Numbered from the stretch's first letter, positions 42,354 to 51,893 are shown. The stretch: DNA of 64,000 bases from Minisyncoccota bacterium (GCA_018062765.1 JAGORR010000001.1:78638-142637), one strand, 5' to 3'. The notes: generated by a model not told the origin, from the letters alone. A program made the numbers and translations.

Positions 42354-43331
42354 TTAGGCGAATGCCCAGTCACCATTGATCGTGGTCGCTTCTGCAGCGA
42401 ACACCAAAGGCGGGGGCGGAACCCACTCGACGCCAGGAGCCAGATAGATGTGGCCGACGTTCGCCCCGTTCTCGATCGTCAACGACTTGGACGAGATTAC
42501 GAGGTCGTGTCCGACCATCGTGATTTCGCTGTTGTCGAGGCCGAGCGAGGTCAGGACAAGCGAGTCGTGGACGTTCGCATCGGAGAGCACGGTAGTGCCG
42601 TTGCCGAACCGGGCGTCGAAGACGTCCGAGCCCGAGCCGCCGTGCATGGTGTCGTTGCCGCCACCGCGCAGGACGTCGCGTCCGTCGCCGCCAACGAGGA
42701 AGTCGCCCACCCCGTCTTCGACACCGTTCGACTGGAAACCACGGACGTCGTCGTTGCCGTCGCCGCCGTGGACCGTGTCGGCTCCGTTGCCGCCGAACAG
42801 TGTGTCGTTGCCGTCCTCGCCGTAGAGCGAGTCGTCACCGTTGTTGCCGTTCAGCGTGTCGCTGTCAGCACCGCCCCAGGCGCGATCGCGCGCCGACGAA
42901 CCGCTGACCCAGTCGTTGCCGGCGCCGCCGAAAAACTGGTCGAGGCCGGTACCGCCGAACATCTTGTCGTGGCCGTCGCCGCCGATGAACATGTTGTCCC
43001 CGGTCGAGCCGCGAGCGTAGAGGTAGTCGTCGCCTTGTACGCCGAGCAGCCAGTTGTCGCCGCTCCCGTTGACCCTGACCTCGTCGTTGCCTTCGCCGCC
43101 GACCAGCTGGTCGTTCCCGGAGGCAGAGATCAGCTGGTCGTTCCCGGAGTGGCCCTCTAGGTGGTCGTCGCCCTGGGTGCCGATGAGGGTGTCGTTGCCG
43201 GCACCTGCAAGGATGGCGAGGCCGTGATCCGTAAACGCGCGGAAGTCCATGCGATTCGGGTCGTGGTCGCCCCACCTGGTGGTGGCGTCAGTGGCGAAGT
43301 AGGTCGGCATCACGGGTTCTGCACGGTTCAT
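42354..43331 (-). CDS. RTX (hemolysin-type Ca-binding) repeat protein
   Basis: 325 aa. About 20 tandem GGxGxD-type nonapeptides by eye (GGEGNDEV, GGDGHDKM, GGAGNDWV, GGNGADTV, GGDGNDDV...). No N-terminal signal peptide. Visibly GC-richer than its neighbours. Confidence 0.8.
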   Translation of the reverse strand: MNRAEPVMPTYFATDATTRWGDHDPNRMDFRAFTDHGLAILAGAGNDTLIGTQGDDHLEGHSGNDQLISASGNDQLVGGEGNDEVRVNGSGDNWLLGVQGDDYLYARGSTGDNMFIGGDGHDKMFGGTGLDQFFGGAGNDWVSGSSARDRAWGGADSDTLNGNNGDDSLYGEDGNDTLFGGNGADTVHGGDGNDDVRGFQSNGVEDGVGDFLVGGDGRDVLRGGGNDTMHGGSGSDVFDARFGNGTTVLSDANVHDSLVLTSLGLDNSEITMVGHDLVISSKSLTIENGANVGHIYLAPGVEWVPPPPLVFAAEATTINGDWAFA

Positions 43332-43379
43332 CTTAGTCTCCTGTTTAGGACATCTGCGAGAAGTCGCAGGTCTGGTATT

Positions 43380-43408
43380 ATAGTATCATACATAGTCACC
43401 TGTGTCAA
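43380..43408 (-). promoter_or_regulatory. near-consensus sigma70 promoter for RTX gene
   Basis: Minus strand: TTGACA (43408-43403), 17-nt spacer, TACTAT (43385-43380). Downstream are a CTGCGA/TCGCAG hairpin and an AGGAGA SD 7 nt before the ATG. Confidence 0.55.
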
Positions 43409-43531
43409 TAGGCATCGGCAGCACTTCATATCGCTCGCGCGTGACGCACAAACTCGAACTTTTTCTTTTCCCCGCGTTTGTTTTTATGTTCTCTGTTCTC
43501 TCTACTCGGTCAGCTATACTTATATATAGTC

Positions 43532-45283
43532 ATGCAGGTCTCGGAGAGCGAACTTAAGGAATTCATCACGGATTCGGGACTGGTGTCCCGGAAGGATGTC
43601 GACGCTGCAGAAGTAACTGCCAAAGAGCGTAAGCAGTCGGTGGGCGACATCCTGGTGGGTTCAGGCGCGCTTACCTCGGATGCGCTCCGTCGCATCAAGG
43701 CATACGTGCTTGGTATACCGTTTGTGAACCTCAAGGATAAGAAGATAGACGTTGCCGTGCTCTCTCTTATCCCGGAGCCAATCGCACGTACGCACTCCAT
43801 CATTGCGTACCAGAAAAAAGGGACTGAACTTGAGGTCGCGATGCTCGATACGGAAGACCTGCCCGCAATAGACTCGGTCAGGAAGAAGACAGGCCTCAAG
43901 ATACAGGCGCGTCTTACTGATGACGAGTCCGTAAAGCATGCCTTGCTGCAGTACCAGAAGTCCTTGAAGGAGGAGTTTGGTGACTTGATTGCAACTGAAG
44001 CAGGGAAGCTCACGGTCGTTAAGGAATCGTCTGATAAAGAGGCGTCGGGAGAGGAGCTTAAGAAGTTGGCGGAGGATCTGCCTATCGTGCGCATCGTCGA
44101 CACCTTGTTGCGGCACGCCATCATCCAGAAAGCATCTGACATACATATAGAGCCAGGAGAACAGGAAGTCATGGTGCGCTACCGCATCGACGGCTCACTC
44201 CATGACGCGATGACGCTGCCGCGCCAGGCTGCGGCCGGCATTACTGCCCGCATCAAGGTTCTCGCTAACCTGAAGCTCGATGAGAAACGTCTGCCGCAGG
44301 ACGGACGTTTCAAGATGGAGACGGAGAGCGACAAGGTTTCGTTCCGTGTTTCTTTGCTCCCTACCTACTTCGGCGAGAAGGTCGTGATGCGACTTTTGCG
44401 CGAGAGCGGCGACGGATTCACGCTAGAAGGACTTGGCTTTCATGGCGACTCCCTGGAGCGCATTCATAAAGCAACGAAGCAAGCGAACGGACTCATTTTG
44501 ATTTCTGGACCTACGGGCTCAGGTAAAACGACAACGCTTTATACGGTGCTCGATATTCTGAATACGCCGGACGTGAACATCAGTACGATAGAAGACCCCA
44601 TCGAGTACCAGATGAAGCGCGTAAATCAGACACAGGTGAATCCGGCGATAGGATTCTCATTCGCAAACGGACTACGCGCACTCGTTCGACAGGACCCAGA
44701 TGTCATCATGGTCGGAGAAATTCGAGACGGCGAGACAGCCGCGCTTGCGGTGAATGCTGCGCTTACCGGACACTTAGTGCTTTCAACCATCCACACGAAC
44801 AGCGCCGCGGGAGCGATACCGAGGCTTGTCGACATGGGCGTCGAGCCATTTCTTCTCGTCTCGACGTTGAAGGTTATCGTCGGTCAGCGCCTCGTACGTC
44901 GCCTGTGCGACGACAAGGAGGAATACAAATCTACCCAGGCTGAGCGCGATAAGGTTGCGGGCGTCGATAAGTTTGATGCGGCTCTCAAGGCGCTTTTGGA
45001 CGAGAAGCTCGTTAAGCCAAAGACGGATATCGACGACGTTCCGTTTTATCACCCGAAGGCGGGCGGGGAGTGCGAGGAGGGGTACGCAGGCCGCATGGGC
45101 ATACACGAAGTCCTTTCTATGAGTTCTACGATAAAGGATCTCATCATAAAGGGTGCGACCTCCGACGCTATAGAGGCGCAAGCCAGGAAGGAAGGCATGC
45201 TCACCATGCTTGAGGACGGTATTTATAAGGCATCGCGCGGGATTACGAGCCTTGAGGAAGTGCTTGGCGCGGTGACGGAATAA
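43532..45283 (+). CDS. pilB: type IV pilus assembly ATPase PilB/GspE family
   Basis: Walker A GPTGSGKTTT, Walker B DPDVIMVGEIRD, His box LTGHLVLSTIHT and an N-terminal MshEN-like domain. Start at ATG 43532. Confidence 0.9.
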   Translation: MQVSESELKEFITDSGLVSRKDVDAAEVTAKERKQSVGDILVGSGALTSDALRRIKAYVLGIPFVNLKDKKIDVAVLSLIPEPIARTHSIIAYQKKGTELEVAMLDTEDLPAIDSVRKKTGLKIQARLTDDESVKHALLQYQKSLKEEFGDLIATEAGKLTVVKESSDKEASGEELKKLAEDLPIVRIVDTLLRHAIIQKASDIHIEPGEQEVMVRYRIDGSLHDAMTLPRQAAAGITARIKVLANLKLDEKRLPQDGRFKMETESDKVSFRVSLLPTYFGEKVVMRLLRESGDGFTLEGLGFHGDSLERIHKATKQANGLILISGPTGSGKTTTLYTVLDILNTPDVNISTIEDPIEYQMKRVNQTQVNPAIGFSFANGLRALVRQDPDVIMVGEIRDGETAALAVNAALTGHLVLSTIHTNSAAGAIPRLVDMGVEPFLLVSTLKVIVGQRLVRRLCDDKEEYKSTQAERDKVAGVDKFDAALKALLDEKLVKPKTDIDDVPFYHPKAGGECEEGYAGRMGIHEVLSMSSTIKDLIIKGATSDAIEAQARKEGMLTMLEDGIYKASRGITSLEEVLGAVTE

Positions 45284-45284
45284 T

Positions 45285-46502
45285 ATGAGATTCAAAGCGA
45301 CTTTTAAAAAGGAAGACGGGAGTGAAGAAACGCGCGTCGTCGAAGCCGAGAACCGGTTCTCGGTCTATCAGGAGGCCGAGAAGACAGGAGAGACCGTGAC
45401 TGCGATAGAGGAAGCAGGGCGCGGATGGAACTTCAAGGCACTTGCGAGCCTCACTATCGGCAAGGGAATCAAAGTCGAGGAGCATATTACCTTCGTCAAA
45501 AACCTTGCGGCCATGCTCTCAGCAGGGCTTAACCTCAACCGTGCGCTCTCTGTTATTGAGCGACAGACTTCCAATAAGGTGCTGAAGCGCATCGTCACCG
45601 AGCTCCAGACCGCAGTGAAGGGCGGTATGTCATTTCACGAAGCGCTTGCGCAGCATCCGAAGATATTCTCGAAGCTTGAAATCGCGATGTCGAAGGCAGG
45701 AGAGGAGTCTGGAACGCTCGCCGAGTCTCTGCGCGTGGTCGCAAAGCAGATGGACCGCGCGCACACCCTTATGAAGAAGGTGAAGGGTGCGATGATTTAC
45801 CCGGGCATCATCCTGTTTGCCATCATCGTTATCGGTATTCTTATGATGGTGTACGTGGTGCCTACTCTCGCGTCGACCTTCACGGAGCTCGGTGTTGAAC
45901 TCCCGACATCGACCAAGATTATCCTCGCGGTCTCGGATTTCATGGTTAACAACATCGTACTTGTCATTGCGTCGGTACTGCTTCTTATGGGTCTCATCGT
46001 TTACGCCCTACGCTCTCCCGCTGGAGCCGCGGTCGCGCTTCGCGGCTCGTTATATATCCCGGTCGTATCGACCATCGTAAAGGAGACATTCAGTGCGCGC
46101 GCGGCGCGCACCCTCTCCTCGCTCCTCTCTTCCGGAGTCGAGATGCTAACCGCCATCTCCATCACGCGTGAAGTCGTCGGAAATCGCATTTTCGGCAAGC
46201 CTATAGAAGAGGCAGAGGAGCTCGTCCGGAAAGGTGAGCCGCTCTCTGCTTCATTTGCTAAGTACCCAAAGCTCTATCCAGTCCTGTTCACCGATATGAT
46301 CGCGGTGGGGGAGGAGACGGGTAAGGTCGCCGATATGCTCGGACAGGTCGCGGAATACTACGAAACAGACGTTGAGGATAAGACGAAGGACCTCTCGACT
46401 GTCATAGAGCCGGTGTTGATGCTTATTATTGGCGCGGCAGTGGGCGTGTTTGCCTTTTCAATGATTGGACCGATATATTCCCTCACCTCCCAAATCGGTT
46501 AA
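45285..46502 (+). CDS. pilC: type IV pilus platform protein PilC/GspF family
   Basis: Two T2SSF-type halves with TM helices. Starts 2 nt after the pilB stop. Confidence 0.9.
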   Translation: MRFKATFKKEDGSEETRVVEAENRFSVYQEAEKTGETVTAIEEAGRGWNFKALASLTIGKGIKVEEHITFVKNLAAMLSAGLNLNRALSVIERQTSNKVLKRIVTELQTAVKGGMSFHEALAQHPKIFSKLEIAMSKAGEESGTLAESLRVVAKQMDRAHTLMKKVKGAMIYPGIILFAIIVIGILMMVYVVPTLASTFTELGVELPTSTKIILAVSDFMVNNIVLVIASVLLLMGLIVYALRSPAGAAVALRGSLYIPVVSTIVKETFSARAARTLSSLLSSGVEMLTAISITREVVGNRIFGKPIEEAEELVRKGEPLSASFAKYPKLYPVLFTDMIAVGEETGKVADMLGQVAEYYETDVEDKTKDLSTVIEPVLMLIIGAAVGVFAFSMIGPIYSLTSQIG

Positions 46503-46503
46503 T

Positions 46504-46629
46504 GGTGCGCTTAAAAAACGGGAACCTGCTTCGTTGCAGGCGCCCGTCGATGTTCTCCACCGTATAGTCCATACGTTTCCGAACATCGCCTGCCCGCGCC
46601 TCGCATCTTCCTCGTTTTTTAAACGCACC
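46504..46629 (+). promoter_or_regulatory. long-range 17-nt inverted repeat enclosing ~90 nt between pilC and pilin-like gene
   Basis: GGTGCGCTTAAAAAACG (46504-46520) pairs with CGTTTTTTAAACGCACC (46613-46629), 16/17 complementary. There is an internal CGGGaaCCTGC-ttcgtt-GCAGGcgCCCG hairpin. Confidence 0.45.
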
Positions 46630-46678
46630 GGAAGGCGCAACAGGTATTCATGGTTAAGGGGTGCGTTATCATTTCATT

Positions 46679-48391
46679 ATGCCGTTTGAAAATCGGGGGA
46701 TGACTTTAATCGACGTTCTCGTCGGTACTTCCGTCGCGGTCATCATTTTCCTCGGCATCTTCGTTATCCTTCAGGCATCCGCATCCATTACGGGCGCGTC
46801 TGCATCGAAGGCGACCGCATTGGCGCTCGCCAACGGGCGTATTGAGATGTTGCGCTCCTTACCATACGCATCCATAGGAACGGTGGGCGGCATTCCGTCA
46901 GGTGCCATCGCGCAGGAAGAGACCATTTATTCCGATCTGGTGCCGTACGAGGTCCGTACCTTCATCTCTTACTACGACGATGCGAAGGACGGCTCGGGCG
47001 CTGCAGACTCTAATGGCATCCAGGCGGACTACAAGCGGGCGAAGGTGACAGTTACCTACGAGACACAGAACGGGGAGCGGGAAGTAGCCGTCGTTTCGAC
47101 CTTTGCGCCGATTGGAATCGAGACGACTGCGGGTGGCGGCACGCTACGCGTCGTCGTTGTGGACGCTGACGGCGTAGCGGTTCCAGGAGCAGAAGTTGTT
47201 GTCGAAAATCCAAATACAACTCCCACAATCGACGTAACGACGTACACAGACTTCGCGGGGTACGCCTTATTCCCGGGTGCCGCGACCTCAACGGGGTACG
47301 AGGTGTCAGTCACAAAGGGCGGGTGGTCTACGGCGCGCACCTATAGTCAGGACGCAACCAACCAGAACCCGACACCGGGACATCTCACCATCGCTGGGGG
47401 GCAGACGACGACCGGCACGTTTGCGATAGATGAGCTTGCGGCCGTCCTCGTGCGTTCCTTTACACCGGTTGTGCCTGGCACATGGTCCGATGCATTTATA
47501 GATGCGTCGAATCTCGTGACGATGGTGGGTGTATCGGTAGGTGGAGGCGAGCTCACGCTCGCAACTGGCGCGGACGGGTATGAGGCGTCAGGTGCTGCCG
47601 TCGCGTCATCGGTAGCACCCACCTATCTTGTTGCGTGGCACGAAGCGTCATTTACTCCCGCAACTCCTGGCGGGACGACGCTTCTGGTGAAAGTTACCGA
47701 CGCTGCCGGTACCTTGGTGCCGGACGCCGCGCTCCCCGGGAACAGCAGTGGTTTCGCGGCATCACCAATAGACCTCTCCGCGCTCGCAACATCGACCTAT
47801 CCATCTCTTTCGCTACGTGCTGAGCTTTCAACCGCTGCCACTACGACAACGCCGACGCTTGCGGATTGGGGGCTGGCCTATAGTCGTGGTCCGATACCGT
47901 ATCCGTCTCTGGCGTTCTCGCTTACAGGCGCGAAAGCCATAGGTTCTACCGTAGGCGGCGCACCTATATATAAGACCGAACTCGATGAGACGACCGATTC
48001 TTCCGGAAGCATCGGCCTCGATCTTGAGTGGGACAGCTACACACTCTCGCTCTCAGGCCCCGTGATTATCGATACCTGTGCCGCGTTCCCACTTGAAGTG
48101 GCGCCTGGCGCGGGTATGACGGCGGACATTATCGTTGCGACTTCGACTGGGAATGCGCTCAAGGCGTATGCGAAATTTCTGTCGGGGAGCGCTGTGGCGA
48201 GTCCTACGTTCACTCTCTCGAGGAGCGGCTTTTCGCGCACGTTGCCTGGGAACGTGTGCGGATTTGCTTACTTTGGAGACCTCACGCCAGCTGCCGATTA
48301 CGCGCTTTCTGTGACTTCGACCTCTACGACCGAGTCGTTCACTGACATTTCTATTTCCGGTCTTTCAAGCTATGACGCGATTCTCGATTGA
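46679..48391 (+). CDS. giant pilin-like protein (class III signal-like N-terminus)
   Basis: NRG|MTLIDVLVGTSVAVIIFLGIF and a CarboxypepD_reg-like segment GTLRVVVVDADGVAVPGAEVVVENP; ~570 aa. Confidence 0.65.
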   Translation: MPFENRGMTLIDVLVGTSVAVIIFLGIFVILQASASITGASASKATALALANGRIEMLRSLPYASIGTVGGIPSGAIAQEETIYSDLVPYEVRTFISYYDDAKDGSGAADSNGIQADYKRAKVTVTYETQNGEREVAVVSTFAPIGIETTAGGGTLRVVVVDADGVAVPGAEVVVENPNTTPTIDVTTYTDFAGYALFPGAATSTGYEVSVTKGGWSTARTYSQDATNQNPTPGHLTIAGGQTTTGTFAIDELAAVLVRSFTPVVPGTWSDAFIDASNLVTMVGVSVGGGELTLATGADGYEASGAAVASSVAPTYLVAWHEASFTPATPGGTTLLVKVTDAAGTLVPDAALPGNSSGFAASPIDLSALATSTYPSLSLRAELSTAATTTTPTLADWGLAYSRGPIPYPSLAFSLTGAKAIGSTVGGAPIYKTELDETTDSSGSIGLDLEWDSYTLSLSGPVIIDTCAAFPLEVAPGAGMTADIIVATSTGNALKAYAKFLSGSAVASPTFTLSRSGFSRTLPGNVCGFAYFGDLTPAADYALSVTSTSTTESFTDISISGLSSYDAILD

Positions 48392-48437
48392 TATGGAAAG
48401 AGCAGCGAGCAGCGAAAAGTGTACAGCGACTAGGAAT

Positions 48438-49058
48438 ATGACCACCGCTTCTTCCGCGGCTATACGCTTTCGGGCCGGCTTTACGCTTATCGAGACGTTG
48501 ATGGTGATTGGTCTTACCGCCGTCGTGGGACTCGCGATTTCGAACATGATTTTGTTCACCTATCGCACGAACACCTACCTCTACCAGCAGAGCGCAGCGA
48601 CTGATAACGCGCGACGCGGCCTCGACCCGGCGCTGCAGAACCTACGCGAGGCGACCTACGCTGCTGATGGCTCGTATCCGCTGTCGACGGCAGCTACTTC
48701 GTCCGTAACTTTCTTCAGCGACGTCGATGTCGACGGATCGGTTGAGAAAATTCGTTACTATCTCTCAGGGACGACGTTCTATCGCACGATTACGAATCCG
48801 GCAGGTTCGCCCCCGTCATACGTGGGGCAGGCAGCCGCGACGTCGACTATCGCTTCCTACGTGAAGAATTTCTCCGCAAACGCGAGCGTGTTCCGCTATT
48901 ACGACAGCACCGGAACGGAGCTTGCAGCGCCCATTGATGTTGCTGAGGTGAGGAGTATCAGTATCTCGGTAATGGTCGACGTGGACCCAAACCGCACACC
49001 AACGACCTATTCGCTCACGGGCTCGGCGACATTCCGCAACCTGCGCGATACTGATTGA
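48438..49058 (+). CDS. pilin/pseudopilin-like protein
   Basis: Prepilin motif RAG|FTLIETLMVIGLTAVVGLAI. Start uncertain (ATG 48393 or 48438). Confidence 0.65.
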   Translation: MTTASSAAIRFRAGFTLIETLMVIGLTAVVGLAISNMILFTYRTNTYLYQQSAATDNARRGLDPALQNLREATYAADGSYPLSTAATSSVTFFSDVDVDGSVEKIRYYLSGTTFYRTITNPAGSPPSYVGQAAATSTIASYVKNFSANASVFRYYDSTGTELAAPIDVAEVRSISISVMVDVDPNRTPTTYSLTGSATFRNLRDTD

Positions 49059-49070
49059 TATGGAAAGGAA

Positions 49071-49155
49071 AGCGTTTAGCGTAGAGCGTAGAGCATGTAG
49101 GAAAGACGGACCGGCTTCTTCTATACGCTATACGCTATCAGCTAGACACTCTCTG
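49071..49155. repeat. two 7-nt periodic tracts of opposite polarity
   Basis: AGCGTTT AGCGTAG AGCGTAG AGCATGT (49071-49098) and CTATACG CTATACG CTATCAG CTAGACA CTCTCTG (49121-49155). Confidence 0.8.
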
Positions 49156-49170
49156 CAAGGCGGGTATCTC

Positions 49171-50589
49171 ATGCTCCTGTCGCTCGTCTTTGGCGGGATA
49201 TTCCTAGGACTCCTCGGAGCGCTAACGAGCTACGTTCTTCTTGAGAATCGGCTTCAGGACCAGAAGGACGCGCAAGGTCGTGCATTTGCGATAGCTGAAG
49301 CAGGGCTCGAGTACTATCGATGGTTCTTGGCGCACTATCCGGGAAACGTCACGAATGGAGTTTCAGGCGGCCCCACAACGTTTACGCTTCCGTACTATGA
49401 CCCGGAGGGCGAGCAGCTCGGAAACTACACGCTGACGCTGAATCAGAATTCCGCCTGTGGCGCCGTCTCCTCCGTAGATATCGAATCGGAGGGCGCTACG
49501 CTCGATATGCCACAGGTGACACAGACGGTATCGGCGCGCTACGCGCAGCCTTCGGTTGGGCGTTATTCCTACGTATTGAATGACAGCGTATGGGCCGGCG
49601 CGGACCGCATCATCCTGGGGCCCTATCACTCCAATGGTGGTATCCGTATGGACGGGACCGCAAACTCATCTGTGTCGAGCTCGGTTTCGACTTGGAACTG
49701 CACGAGTAGCTACGGCTGTAGCCCAACGCAGTCGGCTGCGCCAGGCGTTGTTGGCACAGGCCCCAATCAGAGTCTTTGGACGTATCCGGTGCCGCAGGTG
49801 GACTTTGCGGCCATAGCTGCGGATTTTGCCTCGCTCAAATCGACCGCGCAGGCGCAGGGTCTCTACTATCCTCGCTACAGTAATACGAACAATCCGAATT
49901 CCTCTGCGTACTGGCACGGATACCACCTCACATTTAACGCAAACGACACCGTTACGGTTCGGCGCGTGACCTCAACAACGGAACTCGAGGTCGAGCCAGT
50001 GAATCCGGCGGAGACCCTCGATACAGACCGCGCGCTGATAGCGAACGAAACCATGTATGAAACGAGGACGATACCCGCTTCATGCGGACTCATCTACGTG
50101 GAGGATCACGTATGGATAGATGGCACCATCCCGTCTGAAGTGACGGTCGTTGCCGCTAATACAGCGTCGGGGCTCTCACCAAACGCATACCTGCGCAACA
50201 ACATCGTGTATGAAAATACAGACGGTAGTTCTGGCCTCACACTTATTGCGGAGAACAACGTGCTGATTGCACCTAACGCGCCTGCTGCAATGACCCTGAA
50301 CGGCATCTTCATCGCACAGAACGGTGCGTTTGGTCGGAACCTCTACTACAACAATTCCCGGACAGCATGCCACTCAACCTATGAACCGAAAACATCTCTC
50401 ACCATCCTTGGCACCACGGTCTCGAACAAGCGCACCGGAACCAAGTGGACCGGCGTTTCCTGCTCGGGCGGATACGCGGGCTTCGGTACCCGTATCGACT
50501 CCTACGACGAGCAGATGGCCATAGATCCACCACCCTTCACTCCTATCGTTTCGACCGATTACGAGATTATGGATTGGCGTGAACGGTAG
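49171..50589 (+). CDS. PilX-like pilus-associated protein
   Basis: Hydrophobic N-terminus MLLSLVFGGIFLGLLGAL, then AFAIAEAGLEYYRWFL (PilX_N-type pattern). Start set downstream of the heptamer tracts. Confidence 0.55.
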   Translation: MLLSLVFGGIFLGLLGALTSYVLLENRLQDQKDAQGRAFAIAEAGLEYYRWFLAHYPGNVTNGVSGGPTTFTLPYYDPEGEQLGNYTLTLNQNSACGAVSSVDIESEGATLDMPQVTQTVSARYAQPSVGRYSYVLNDSVWAGADRIILGPYHSNGGIRMDGTANSSVSSSVSTWNCTSSYGCSPTQSAAPGVVGTGPNQSLWTYPVPQVDFAAIAADFASLKSTAQAQGLYYPRYSNTNNPNSSAYWHGYHLTFNANDTVTVRRVTSTTELEVEPVNPAETLDTDRALIANETMYETRTIPASCGLIYVEDHVWIDGTIPSEVTVVAANTASGLSPNAYLRNNIVYENTDGSSGLTLIAENNVLIAPNAPAAMTLNGIFIAQNGAFGRNLYYNNSRTACHSTYEPKTSLTILGTTVSNKRTGTKWTGVSCSGGYAGFGTRIDSYDEQMAIDPPPFTPIVSTDYEIMDWRER

Positions 50590-50630
50590 TCACACGGTAC
50601 CCTGCTGCCAGAAGAATCGAGGAGGCTTCG

Positions 50631-51098
50631 ATGAAGAGGGCAACACTGGTGTTCGTTGTTAAAGACGGGCACGTACTGCTTGGTATGAAGAAGTCCGGTG
50701 AAATCGGTACCGGAACCTGGAACGGTCCCGGAGGAAAGATTGAACCCGGAGAGACGGCGATCGCCTGCTTGTTGCGTGAGGTCGAGGAGGAGCTCGACAT
50801 TCGGCTGATTCCGGACGCGCTTGAGGAAATCGCCACTATCCTTTTCCGTAACAACGAGTCCGATGACTTCTATGTCCACGTGTATCGGACGGCCCGGTTT
50901 GAGGGAACGCCTCGCGAGACCCGGTACATGCTCCCTCGCGCCTTTCCGATTGATGAACTACCGTACGAGCACATGCTCCCAGGAGATTCTCTCTGGATTC
51001 CACGCGTTCTATCGGGCTCACGCTTTTCCGCTCTTGTTGAGCGGCGCAGCGCAGACCTCTCGATTGAATTTCTGCCCTTCGGGGCGATTCTTGCCTGA
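50631..51098 (+). CDS. NUDIX hydrolase (MutT-like)
   Basis: Nudix box GGKIEPGETAIACLLREVEEELDI. GAGGAGG SD upstream. Confidence 0.8.
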   Translation: MKRATLVFVVKDGHVLLGMKKSGEIGTGTWNGPGGKIEPGETAIACLLREVEEELDIRLIPDALEEIATILFRNNESDDFYVHVYRTARFEGTPRETRYMLPRAFPIDELPYEHMLPGDSLWIPRVLSGSRFSALVERRSADLSIEFLPFGAILA

Positions 51099-51148
51099 CC
51101 GAGGCCTCTTAAAACGAGGCCTCTTTCACTGTCTGCTACAATTGGCCC

Positions 51149-51892
51149 ATGCTCATCGTTGCTAACTGGAAGGCGTACGTAGAGGAGGGGAAGCGAGCAA
51201 AGGCATTGTTCGCTCTTGCGAAGCGTCTTTCGGGAAAGTACAAGCACGAGATAGTGCTCGCGCCTTCCTTTCCACAGCTCGGACTCCTTGCTCCAGGGAA
51301 CCGCACCAAAGTCCGCTTCGCGTCTCAGGACGTGTCGGTTGTTACCGGTGGTGCGCAGACTGGCGAGACGACCGCGCAGGTCGTGAAAGATACCGGCGCC
51401 ACATACGCCATCATTGGGCACTCCGAACGCCGTGGCTCGGGCGAGGACGACGCAATAGTGGCGCTCAAGGTGCAGCACGCTCTCGCGCAAGGGCTTATAC
51501 CTATTCTTTGTGTCGGAGAACGCGAGCGCGATCAGAGTGCTGAGTATCTTGGCTTCGTTCGCGCGCAACTCGCGGCGGTGATGGCGCCCTTGTCGCAGAA
51601 GGAGCGTATGCAGGTTGTCGTCGCGTATGAGCCCATTTGGGCCATAGGGAAGTCTGCGGCCGAGGCCATACTGCCCGCAGATCTTGCGGAGATGTCCTTA
51701 TATATACGCAAAGTGCTCGGCGACTATCTCCCCGGGAAGGCCCCCGCAAAGACTCGGGTCATTTACGGTGGATCGGTTGAGCCCGGCAACATCCGCGACC
51801 TCGCGGCCGCTGGTGGCATCGACGGATTCCTTATCGGCCACGCTTCGGTCGAAGTGCCGTCCTTCGCATCGCTCGTCGCAGCCATTTCCTAA
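51149..51892 (+). CDS. tpiA: triosephosphate isomerase
   Basis: ANWK, IGHSERR, AYEPIWAIG and YGGS. Confidence 0.9.
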   Translation: MLIVANWKAYVEEGKRAKALFALAKRLSGKYKHEIVLAPSFPQLGLLAPGNRTKVRFASQDVSVVTGGAQTGETTAQVVKDTGATYAIIGHSERRGSGEDDAIVALKVQHALAQGLIPILCVGERERDQSAEYLGFVRAQLAAVMAPLSQKERMQVVVAYEPIWAIGKSAAEAILPADLAEMSLYIRKVLGDYLPGKAPAKTRVIYGGSVEPGNIRDLAAAGGIDGFLIGHASVEVPSFASLVAAIS

Positions 51893-51893
51893 T

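Noticed and set aside
42327-43160. 277-aa + strand ORF (and 42448..42825, 42865..43275) overlapping the RTX gene.
   Set aside because: This is an antisense artefact of GC-rich periodic repeats. The minus frame has canonical GGxGxD nonapeptides, a promoter, an SD and a terminator.
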